Shown: piece after piece, positions 1 to 8,260 of the stretch
How positions within the stretch are numbered: the stretch's first letter is position 1
Layout of the letters: every line of letters starts with the position of its first letter
DNA from: Pelagomonas calceolata
Taxonomy: Eukaryota
NCBI GenBank assembly: GCA_918797485.1
Contig: CAKKNE010000004.1
Location: 2,046,001 to 2,110,000 of the forward strand
Direction of reading: 5' to 3'
DNA length: 64,000 nucleotides
Made by a program: the position numbers and the translations under genes
The notes under the pieces: generated by a model
The model's input: the letters and a program-made list of their open reading frames with translations, nothing else
Databases searched by the model: none
Told to the model about the DNA's origin: nothing

Positions 1-966
1 ACCGAAACGAACGGCGCGTCCGCGGCGGCCGACCGTAACGCAGCGAGGATGCGCTGCTGCTGCGCCAGTAGAGCCTTGGAAGCGGGCTCGATCCTCAAGG
101 CGCGCATGACGTCCTGGGCCGCGGCGCGGTGCTTCCCGAGCGCGTGCCGCGCCGTCGCGCGGCGCTGCAAACTCTTAAAGTGGTCCGGCTCATAAGACAG
201 GGCCGTGTCGCAGTCCGCCTCGGCGTTGTTGTACTGGTTCTGCTTCAGGTAGGCCATCGCGCGATTCGATAACGCGACGTGGTTCCTTGCTTTCAGTCCC
301 AGACACAACGAGTAGCTCCGCACGGCGCCCTCGTAGTCGCCTTTGGAAAATTTCTCGTTGCCCAACCGGCGCTGGGCCTCCTCGGGGTTCTCCGGTTCCG
401 CCAGAGGGCGCGCGTCGGCGGGGACCTGTGTTTGGTTCATTCCAGTCGCGTCCCGAGGCCGCGTCGCGGCGATGGCGTCCGAGGCTGTGTCGCGTCGATG
501 GCGTCTGGCGCCCCCGTACGCCCTCGCCGCTAACCGACGCGCACTCTCGTCGCGTCGCGTCGATGCCACCTCGACGCGGTCGTCACACAATGATCTTCGG
601 ACGCCGCATTTGTACCTCCTCGACGACGGTCGTCGCCTCCTCATCAATATCATAGTTGTCCGCGTCGAACTGCTCCCACTTTTTGTAGCCCTTGTCATAC
701 ACATGGGCGCCCGGCGCTTTTGCTGATTGTTTTCGATGCTGCGCGGCACCCGCATCACTCTTAGCCGCCGAGTTCCGCACGCCCACCCTCATACCGCCGC
801 GCACGGGCGGCAGGTCCGTGGGCGCCGCGCGGCGCTCCTTGTCTTTTTTCGCGATGTCCCGATTCCAGTCGGCGAACTCGCCCAGGTAGTGCTGTTGTTG
901 CTGGGCGTCGTTTCTTATTTTGTGCTGCATCTCGAGCATCCTTCGCTGCTGGTCGGCGGGATTCAT
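1..966 (-). CDS. TPR co-chaperone, RPAP3/SPAG1-like; exons 966-589 and 425-<1; 3' end runs off the window
   Basis: Exon 1 MNPADQQRRMLEMQHKIRNDAQQQQHYLGEFADWNRDIAKKD...YDKGYKKWEQFD resembles the RPAP3 N-terminus. After the GT-AG intron 588-426 the frame gives TPRs (RLGNEKFSKGDYEGAVRSYSLCL...ALSNRAMAYLKQNQYNNAEADCDTAL...KSLQRRATARHALGK). Confidence 0.8.
426..588 (-). other. Spliceosomal intron (163 bp, phase 0), probable degenerate introner
   Basis: ATT|GTGTGA...CAAACACAG|GTC removes the in-frame stop and joins the TPR exon. Contains several CGCGTCGATGGCGT-like motifs. Confidence 0.8.
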
Positions 967-1147
967 GGCTGCGAGGTCCTGCGAGGTCTTGCGAGGTCTT
1001 TGAGCAGCTAGTGGTTGGCAGGTACGGCGCTGCACGAGGGCTTGGAAGCAGGCCCGTCGAGACGGATGGTGTCCCGATTCACTGCTCTCGCACCAATTCG
1101 ATGCCTTTTGGTCCGTTTTACCGCTTTGCTGAGCAACCCTAGGCATC

Positions 1148-1171
1148 CCTAGTGTGTCACACGACGCTAGC
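1148..1171. promoter_or_regulatory. Variant copy of the recurrent CTAG-TGYCTTACA-CGCTAG upstream element
   Basis: cctagtgtgtcacacgacgctagc in the divergent intergenic region between starts at 966(-) and 1356(+). Confidence 0.5.
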
Positions 1172-1355
1172 TCCAGGCGGAGCAACTTGCCGTGCGGAAC
1201 CGCTGGGAGCGGGCGCATCGAGCCGCTCTGCCGGGTCTCAACGCGCTGTGTGCTGTATTTTTTCATCGCTGCGTCGGTCGCGCGCAAAGCCTGCGCCGTC
1301 CGCGAAAATTTAAGCCGCAAACAGCGGTTGACTCGCGCTTAGACGCCCCGCAGCC

Positions 1356-2081
1356 ATGATTTTCAAATTACTGGTCGGCGCAGCCGCCGCCAGGCAGTTC
1401 AGTCCGCCCCTGACGCGCCGCGACCCGGGCACAACTGCCAAGCCACCGACCGTCGAGCGCCGCGAACCGACGGAGCTCTGTCCGGCCGCCACGCAGCTCG
1501 AGCGGACGCGGCGCTGGCGCGGCGGCGGCGAGAACCTCTGGCAGAGCTACTCGCGGACCCTTGAAACCAAGCCGGTCATTGGCAACATGGTGACGGGCGG
1601 CCTGCTGGCCTTCACGGGCGACTTCGTCATGCAAGCCGCCGAGAAGAACCCCGCCTACGACCACCTGCGGGCGTTACGATTTGTGGGGTTCAGAATATGC
1701 GTCGTACGTTGTTATACGGTCTGGGTTCGCGAGCTCGAGAATTGGGTGAATCAACACGTCGACGGCGACCGGCGGCGCCTGCTGACGAAGACGTTCCTGG
1801 ACCTGGCCATTTGGCTGCCGGCGAAGGACTTCGTGTATTTCGTGTGGATGGCGCTGCTGGAGGGATTAGGTTTGACCGAGGGCATACAACGGAGCCTTAC
1901 GATGCTTCCAAGGACGTGCCCCGTCTCGTGGCTCGTCTGGGCCCCGGCGCAGCTGCTCACGTTCGGAGCCGTGCCGCCGCACCTGCGCGTCGTCTGGGTC
2001 AACAGCCTTGCGCTCTGCTGGAACGTCGTCATGAGCGGCTTCAACCAGGCGGCGCGGCTGGAGGGGAGTAGTAGTATCTAA
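1356..2081 (+). CDS. Mpv17/PMP22 family membrane protein with N-terminal presequence
   Basis: LWQSYSRTLETKPVIGNMVTGGLLAFTGDFVMQ, YDHLRALRF, KTFLDLAIWLP, WLVWAPAQLLTFGAVPPHLRVVWVNSLALCWN are typical Mpv17 motifs. Confidence 0.88.
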   Translation: MIFKLLVGAAAARQFSPPLTRRDPGTTAKPPTVERREPTELCPAATQLERTRRWRGGGENLWQSYSRTLETKPVIGNMVTGGLLAFTGDFVMQAAEKNPAYDHLRALRFVGFRICVVRCYTVWVRELENWVNQHVDGDRRRLLTKTFLDLAIWLPAKDFVYFVWMALLEGLGLTEGIQRSLTMLPRTCPVSWLVWAPAQLLTFGAVPPHLRVVWVNSLALCWNVVMSGFNQAARLEGSSSI

Positions 2082-2337
2082 AGAAAGCATCCGTTTTCAC
2101 CAGCGTACAAACACACTAGGCCAAAGGCTAGTACGCCCCGCGCCTCTCCGAGACGACTGGCAATCCCTGGTTCCCTACAGGCACCCGGGAGCAAGCTTTG
2201 ACTCGCTGTCCGCAGTCCACAGCCCACCTGAGTCCCTCAATCTCCTGGACGCTGCGACAGGCCGCCGCGAGCTAGCAAAACCCCAGGAAAGGCCAAACAG
2301 AGCACGCCCTCGCCGCGGCCCAGCAGGCCCAGAAAGC

Positions 2338-3198
2338 ATGGCCGAGGCCCCGGCCTCGTCGGCGCGCTACGACTCCTCGCTAGGCCTCCTAACGAAGAAG
2401 TTCGTCGCGCTCATCAAGAGCCAGCCGCACGGGAGCCTGGACCTGAACCACGCGGCCGCGCAATTGGGCGTCCAAAAACGGCGCATCTACGACATCACGA
2501 ACGTCCTGGAGGGCATTGGGCTCATCGAGAAGACGACGAAGAACAATATCGCGTGGAAGGGCAACCGGACGCCGCATCCGGACGACGAGCCCAACTCTTC
2601 GGATGACGAGGACGACGAGGAGACGCTGCGGGTGCGGCACGAGGCCGAGGCGCTCCGGGCGGAAGCGGCTACTTTAGATAACTGCGTCGAGCATTTGGAA
2701 AGGGCGCGGGCGGAGTTCGCTCGAACACACGCATCTGATTTATCAGTGACGCATGCGGATCTGCGAGCCGTGCCCGGCTTGAGCGATGAGACCATCATCG
2801 CGCTGCGGGCGCCGCCGGGCACGGACCTCGAAGTGCCCGATCCCCATAGCACGAGCACGGCGAAGTACCAACTGCGACTGAGGAGCCCGCTCGCGCCCAT
2901 CGAGGTCTTCTTAGTGGATCGGGCGGACCGCGAAGACAGCGAAGATCGGGAGGTCGCGCGCCTCTCGGCGAACGCGTCTTTACAAAGCGCGGCGCGGCCG
3001 CGGTCGGGCACGCCGCCCGAGCAGGTCGCGCGGCCCGTCGTGTCCTCCGCCGCCGTCAAGACGCCGCCGTCCTTCGCCACCCCTAGAATCCTGGCCAAGC
3101 ACACGCCGAACGCCGACCAGCTCGACAAGGACTTCGTCTTCGACCCCGGCACTTTGCTGGGCACGGTGCCGACGATCCCCAAGATCCCCCAGCCGTGA
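2338..3198 (+). CDS. E2F: E2F family transcription factor
   Basis: RYDSSLGLLTKKF...LDLNHAAAQLGVQKRRIYDITNVLEGIGLIEK DNA-binding domain, followed by coiled coil/marked box (IIALRAPPGTDLEVPDP...PIEVFLV). Confidence 0.95.
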   Translation: MAEAPASSARYDSSLGLLTKKFVALIKSQPHGSLDLNHAAAQLGVQKRRIYDITNVLEGIGLIEKTTKNNIAWKGNRTPHPDDEPNSSDDEDDEETLRVRHEAEALRAEAATLDNCVEHLERARAEFARTHASDLSVTHADLRAVPGLSDETIIALRAPPGTDLEVPDPHSTSTAKYQLRLRSPLAPIEVFLVDRADREDSEDREVARLSANASLQSAARPRSGTPPEQVARPVVSSAAVKTPPSFATPRILAKHTPNADQLDKDFVFDPGTLLGTVPTIPKIPQP

Positions 3199-3219
3199 CG
3201 TAAGTATAGGCGGTTGCTT

Positions 3220-4380
3220 TTACGCGTCCCCGGGCGGCGTCATCGCGGCCATGGCCTCGCAGACGGAGCGGGTGCTGAGCGCCGCTCGCGACTCCCGTAG
3301 CGAGCCCTGAATCATCTCGGTGGCCGGATGCGCGCCCCCGAAGACGCGCAGCGCGATCCTTTCCAAGTCCTCATGCGTCTCCACGGCCTCGTGGAGATCG
3401 TCGAGCGTGGCGGTGGGGTCCCTGTAGAGCGCCTTCGCGTAGCTCCACCTCAGCCTGAGCGTGTTTTCATCATTATCCCCGAGAACGCGTCGTGCTACGG
3501 GCATCGTTTTGCGCAACAGTGATTTGGCTTCTTCGAAGCGCTCGAGACTATTAAGGGACGACGAATAGTTGTTGGCTGCTATGAGGGTATATTCATGTTC
3601 CTCGCCGTCTTTCTTCACGCGTCCAGAGTACACGTCTCGCTTGATCTGTAGGGCCGATTCTAGCCGTCCGACCTTCATATACGTATTTGCGAGATTGCTC
3701 TGAGTGACGAGAGTTTCATGTAATGACGCGCCAAGCCGCCACAGCATAGCCAACTCCGCCTCCTTCACGGGCAACGCGTCCTCGTCATGTCCTGCACAGG
3801 TTAAGCCGCTCCCTAGCATCCTCATCGCAGTGATCCGAAATTCATCCCTCTCCGGCCGCCCACGGTACGTCTTCCAGCAGTCCCACCCGAGCGCGCATCG
3901 CACGACGCCGTGGTACTTTTGCTCGCACAGGCTACACGTGTCCCATCGCTTCCACCTCGTACCCAACGTGTTGTAGTCCAAATTGTTCTCCTCGGCCTCC
4001 GCGAACAAAATCTTCGCCTGCTCCGCCAGGCAGCTCACGTGTGCAAAGCCCGCCGTTCCGCGGCACGCGCATCCGCGCACGAGGCCCTCCTTCGTTTTCC
4101 AATGCAACGCTTGTGTACAAATATAGCACGTCTGCCCCTTCGTGTCCTCCGCGCACGCCTCCGCCGCGACCGTTACAGCCTCCGCGTACTTGTTATTTGC
4201 GTGGTATTGCTCGGCGCCGCCGCCTTTCCTTATCTTTCTACAGAGCTTATCATGGCCTCCTTGCTCCCAGTGTTGTTTCTGGCAGACCGGCCCGCAGTAG
4301 CGCGTCTTGCAGCGGCTGCACTGTTTGGCTGAGGTGTGCGGCAGGGGGGCAGCGCACACGGGGCATTGCGTGAGGATCAT
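3220..4380 (-). CDS. zf-MYND + RING-CH(RINGv)-like + TPR (kinesin-light-chain-type) protein; intact family member
   Basis: MILTQCPVC...CSRCKTRYCGPVCQKQHW..GH...C (MYND); CYIC...GCACRGTAGFAHVSCL...CSLC (RINGv); helical repeats SNLANTY, ANNYSSSL, RRVLG, RVFGGAHP. ATG 4380 matches the MILT start of the paralog at 45270. Confidence 0.85.
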   Translation of the reverse strand: MILTQCPVCAAPLPHTSAKQCSRCKTRYCGPVCQKQHWEQGGHDKLCRKIRKGGGAEQYHANNKYAEAVTVAAEACAEDTKGQTCYICTQALHWKTKEGLVRGCACRGTAGFAHVSCLAEQAKILFAEAEENNLDYNTLGTRWKRWDTCSLCEQKYHGVVRCALGWDCWKTYRGRPERDEFRITAMRMLGSGLTCAGHDEDALPVKEAELAMLWRLGASLHETLVTQSNLANTYMKVGRLESALQIKRDVYSGRVKKDGEEHEYTLIAANNYSSSLNSLERFEEAKSLLRKTMPVARRVLGDNDENTLRLRWSYAKALYRDPTATLDDLHEAVETHEDLERIALRVFGGAHPATEMIQGSLRESRAALSTRSVCEAMAAMTPPGDA

Positions 4381-4453
4381 CTTTTCTACGGTCAAATCGC
4401 TGGGGGGCAGCCCTACGATGCAAAATGCTGCAAACGCGAGCCAGGCATAAAAG

Positions 4454-4476
4454 GCTAGTGCCTTACAGCCGCTAGC
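4454..4476. promoter_or_regulatory. Recurrent upstream element
   Basis: gctagtgccttacagccgctagc between divergent starts 4380(-) and 4546(+). Confidence 0.6.
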
Positions 4477-4545
4477 TGTCGCAAAAGCGCGGCGCGCACG
4501 TTTAGGCAGCCCCACGCCACCCACAACCCAGAAACAGTCGCATCG

Positions 4546-5661
4546 ATGGACGCCGCGCCCTTCGCGCCGCGGTGCGCCGTCGTGCTGCGCGAGCTCGCGC
4601 CGGAGGCGCGGAGAAGGTATGTGACCATGCTAGCCAACCGGAACGTCGAGTCGCGGCAGGACGGCGACGCCTGGGTCGCGAATTTGCGGATTTTGGCGCC
4701 GGGCGTCGACGCGCCCGCACTTGCAGAGAAGCCGGCGGCGAAGGCAAAGCCGCCGCTGCGCGAGCGCCTCGCGCGCGCCATCAAATCTGATGAAGGACCG
4801 CCCGACGTCGCGTCCATCAATACCTTGGCGTATCCCCGCTTCGCCTCGCTCATCTGGCGCGCCGTCGGGACCTCACCGACCGCCGAGGTCAAGCCGCTCC
4901 CGTGGTTGATGAGAACAGCAGAAAGTATATATGATGCGCGCTACAAGCGCGACGCCGCGGCGCTCCAGAAGAATGTGGACGTGGACCGGTTCCCGGAGTT
5001 CGTCATCGCGTGCCTCATGCGCGAGTCCGGCGTCGATGGTATCGTGGAAAAGAAGTGCTGGGCTTTATTATGCTCGGCCGAGCACCACCGCATCCACAAT
5101 AAGGAGGCCGAGGTGTTTGCGAGGTTCCTCGCCGAGACCTGGGACGCCGACGCGTTGTTGTTTTACCTGCGGTGTCGGCACGAGGTGATGCGTTCTACCA
5201 AGACAACTCTGGGCGCGCGCTGGGCGCCCGGCGAGCACGCCGCGCGGCAAGAAGTGGTCGTACTGTCACCGTCCGACGTGCAACGCGTCGCCAGAAACGT
5301 GTGGCGCGAGCATAGCGAGGAATTGGTCGACGCAGTCGAGGCCTTCCGCGAGAGTAGTGGACGCGTCGAGGCGGCGCAGTTCTTGGATATAGCCGTGGGC
5401 CAGTACGTGCGGGCGCGAGACGACGTCTCTCCTGATGTGGCGGACCTGGTCGAGGCCGAGGCGGACGCGCTCGTCTCGGAAGTGGCCCTCGCCCCGGAAG
5501 TCGTCGGGGAAATCCGGGGCGAGGTCGTGGACTTCCTGCGGACCGCGACCGTCGGCGACGACGCGGCGACGCGGCTCGCGGAGGTGCGGGGCGAGGCCGC
5601 GGCGCTCGTCGACGCGCTGGCGGCGTACGCGGCGGAGCATGCTGGTCTCGCGGGGGAGTGA
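4546..5661 (+). CDS. Conserved hypothetical protein with helical domain resembling TSNAXIP1-like proteins
   Basis: 371-aa ATG ORF with protein-like composition; WLMRTAESIYDARY...FPEFV...FARFLAETWD..ALLFYL. Family assignment is tentative. Confidence 0.6.
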   Translation: MDAAPFAPRCAVVLRELAPEARRRYVTMLANRNVESRQDGDAWVANLRILAPGVDAPALAEKPAAKAKPPLRERLARAIKSDEGPPDVASINTLAYPRFASLIWRAVGTSPTAEVKPLPWLMRTAESIYDARYKRDAAALQKNVDVDRFPEFVIACLMRESGVDGIVEKKCWALLCSAEHHRIHNKEAEVFARFLAETWDADALLFYLRCRHEVMRSTKTTLGARWAPGEHAARQEVVVLSPSDVQRVARNVWREHSEELVDAVEAFRESSGRVEAAQFLDIAVGQYVRARDDVSPDVADLVEAEADALVSEVALAPEVVGEIRGEVVDFLRTATVGDDAATRLAEVRGEAAALVDALAAYAAEHAGLAGE

Positions 5662-6257
5662 GGTTTTTCTTGTGTTTCGTTTTTTTGGAGGGGGAGGGGT
5701 CCTTGTAGAATCTCGCGAGCGCGGCTGGCTAGTGGGTTTTTGGCGGACAGGCGGTCGAGCGGTCTCGTGCTCGCCCGGACCACGGGAGGGCTCGGGAGAG
5801 AGGCTGCGACGGCGCTGAGACGGGTACGCGGCCTGCGCTAGTGACTATAAGGCATACTATAACCGCCTGTTTTTTGCACTGAATTGGCTATTCACGCCGC
5901 AACACAACGTCGCCTGACCGCGTTTCGACCTTGTTATGCTTCGTACTGTACGAGAGCTTGGATACAACGCGAAGACGGCGCGCTTCAAACGGTGCTAGAC
6001 GCGCTGCGCGGGCGGCTGCAGTTAGCACCCGTAAATGAGGTTGACTGAGCGCGCGCGAGCCCCGCGGCGGTACCGCTGGGCCGCGTTGCTGCGGCGCTGC
6101 CGCAAGGGCCGCGGCACAACAGCGCGTGCGCCCGAAACGGCCCGCCGTCACACACGCGCCCAACACCACGAAACCGCCGTCAGGACAGCACCCTTGACGG
6201 AACCCACGCAGGCTAAGTCGCGCGTTGCCGTACCCGGCGAACCCAGACTGAGCAACC

Positions 6258-6711
6258 ATGGCGGCCATCGTCAACTTCTTCAAGTCGATCAGCCCGTTCA
6301 AGAGCGCCGAGCCCGAGGAGGAGCCGGCGCCGGCCAAGAAGAGCGCCAAGAAGCCCGCGGCCAAGAAGCCCGCGGCCAAGAAGGCGCCGGCGAAGAAGAA
6401 GGCGCGTGTGCCGCGTCCCCTGTAACGCCGTCGCCGCGTCGGCGTCCCCGTGACTGCGCCCGCTCGATGGCGTGGATGCCGTACCCTCGTCCTCGCTCGC
6501 GCAACCGATCGACCGACGCTTACGCGCCACGCCCCCGCAGACCGTGGCCAAGCCCAAGGCGACGCCGAAGAAGGCGCCCGCGCCCAAGCCGGCGGCCAAG
6601 TCCGCCAAGAAGCCCGCCGCCAAGAAGCCGGCCGCCAAGAAGGCCCCCGCGTCGCCCAAGCCGGCGGGCCCGCGGCGATCGGCACGGCAGGCCGGCAAGC
6701 CGGCGAAGTAA
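6258..6711 (+). CDS. Small Lys/Ala/Pro-rich histone H1-like (globular-domain-less) protein; 2 exons (6258-6401/6407, 6541-6711)
   Basis: ATG 6258 gives MAAIVNFFKSISPFKSAEPEEEPAPAKKSAKKPAAKKPAAKK; after acceptor cgcag at 6540 the frame continues TVAKPKATPKKAPAPKPAAK...PRRSARQAGKPAK*. Confidence 0.75.
6402..6540 (+). other. Spliceosomal intron, phase 0; donor either GC at 6402 (AAG|GCGCGT) or GT at 6408
   Basis: Removes in-frame TAA near 6423 and joins two PAAKK-rich exons; ends ccccgcag; contains gctcgatggcgtgg motif. Confidence 0.65.
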
Positions 6712-6917
6712 GGGCCGCGCCGGCGGCCCGCGGCCGCCGCCCCGCGCCGCCCCGCCACGCGACGCGCTCCTCCTGGAGAGAGCGCGGCGCGGCCGGGCGG
6801 CGGGGCGCCGGGCGCGGGCCGCCGACCGAGCCCCCTTCCCGTTTGCCACGACCCCATCCCCTCCTTCCGATTCGCTTGGAACCGTAAGTTCAGTGTAAAA
6901 AGAACATAGACAACACG

Positions 6918-8067
6918 TTACGCGGACCGCATCTTCTCCTTCTCCGCCTGCGTCAGCAGCTTCCCCTGCTCGTACTTCTCGGACCGCTCCGAGAACCGGT
7001 CGTTGAGGTCGTCGGCGTACTCGCGCATAATTAATGTAAACTTGTGGAACTCCTCGGCGACGTCGACCACGCGGTCGCGGAAGTCCGACGGCTTCATGCG
7101 GCCCTCCTCATCAAATTCCTTCCACGCTTTCGCTACGCTGCTTTGGTTCGTGCAGCAGGGCATGCGCATCCACCGCGCGAGCCTCCGCAGCTCGTTGACG
7201 GCGTTGAACCTGTGTGGAAATCAAATTTCGGGCGCCCCACGCCATCGACGCGACGTGCTTTCCGTAGCTGCGTCTGCGCGATGGCGTGGCGATTCCACGC
7301 CATCGACGCGACATTGTCCCCGTGGCCACGTCGGCTCGATGGCGTGGAGGCTCACGAAGGTCCACGCAATATTTCTCAGGATAACCTAACTCACTGGTTG
7401 ATTTCCACACAGCGTTGAACGACTGCGATCCACCGTTGACCTGTAAAACCACGCAGGTCCGGCCCTGCGTCGGCCGGACCGAGCCCGTGTTGAGGGGCAG
7501 CCAGTCGATCTGGTTCTTGAACGCGCCGGTGATACAACCGTGCATCTCGGGGCTCACCCAGACGTGGCCCTCGCTCCACTCCGAGAGGGCTCGTAACTCG
7601 ACAACTTTCGGGTGGTCCTCTATTGTGGGATCCCGAACCGGCAAATCGCTCGGGTCGAAGGACCGCACCTCGCAGCCGAGCACTTCTAGGAGCCGAGCCA
7701 TCTCGTTGGCCAGCTTGCGGCTGAACGACGTCTCGCGCAGCGACCCGTGCAGCACGAGGATGCGTGGCGGATGCGTGAGCGTCGCACCCTTCGGCACGAA
7801 CGACTTCGCCGCGGCGAAGCCTCCGGGGTGGTCGTCCGCAGCAATGCGTGCGATCCAGTCGTCTCCGGGACCCGACGCCGGCACGAGCGGATCGCTGCGG
7901 TGACCAAGCCAGTCGCCGGCTGCGGATGCCGCGCGCCGCGGCGTCAGGCAAGCGGTGGTACTCGTGCGCTGGAGGCCTCGCGGCGTCAAGCGTGCGCTGG
8001 CACTCGTGCGCTGGAGGCCTCTCGCCAGCCTCAGCAGCAGCAGCATGGAGCAGATGCAGTGTCGCAT
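6918..8067 (-). CDS. arsH: ArsH (NADPH-dependent FMN reductase / organoarsenical oxidase) with N-terminal presequence; exons 8067-7421 and 7209-6918
   Basis: [62 protein letters not shown]; spliced [53 protein letters not shown]...RFSER is the ArsH signature. Start could be 8047. Confidence 0.93.
7210..7412 (-). mobile_element. Introner element (non-autonomous DNA transposon that is an intron; intron 7420-7210)
   Basis: Perfect 15-bp TIRs CTGTGTGGAAATCAA (7210-7224) / TTGATTTCCACACAG (7398-7412); 8-bp TSD CGTTGAAC at 7202-7209 and 7413-7420. Splicing from the GT in the TSD to the terminal CAG restores ArsH exactly. Confidence 0.95.
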
Positions 8068-8260
8068 GTGTGGTGCAATGTAGGCACTGGTTATGATGCG
8101 GTATGTGTAGCGCTGGACGGAGCTATAATGCGAGCTCTTTCTGACGTCGTGCGACGATCTTGCAGCTCACACGCCGAGTTCAAGTCGATGGAGTGCTTTG
8201 CCGCTAGCGTCTGGAGACACACTAGGTTTGCAGGCGCACGGCGCTTGGGCAGCCGCTATC

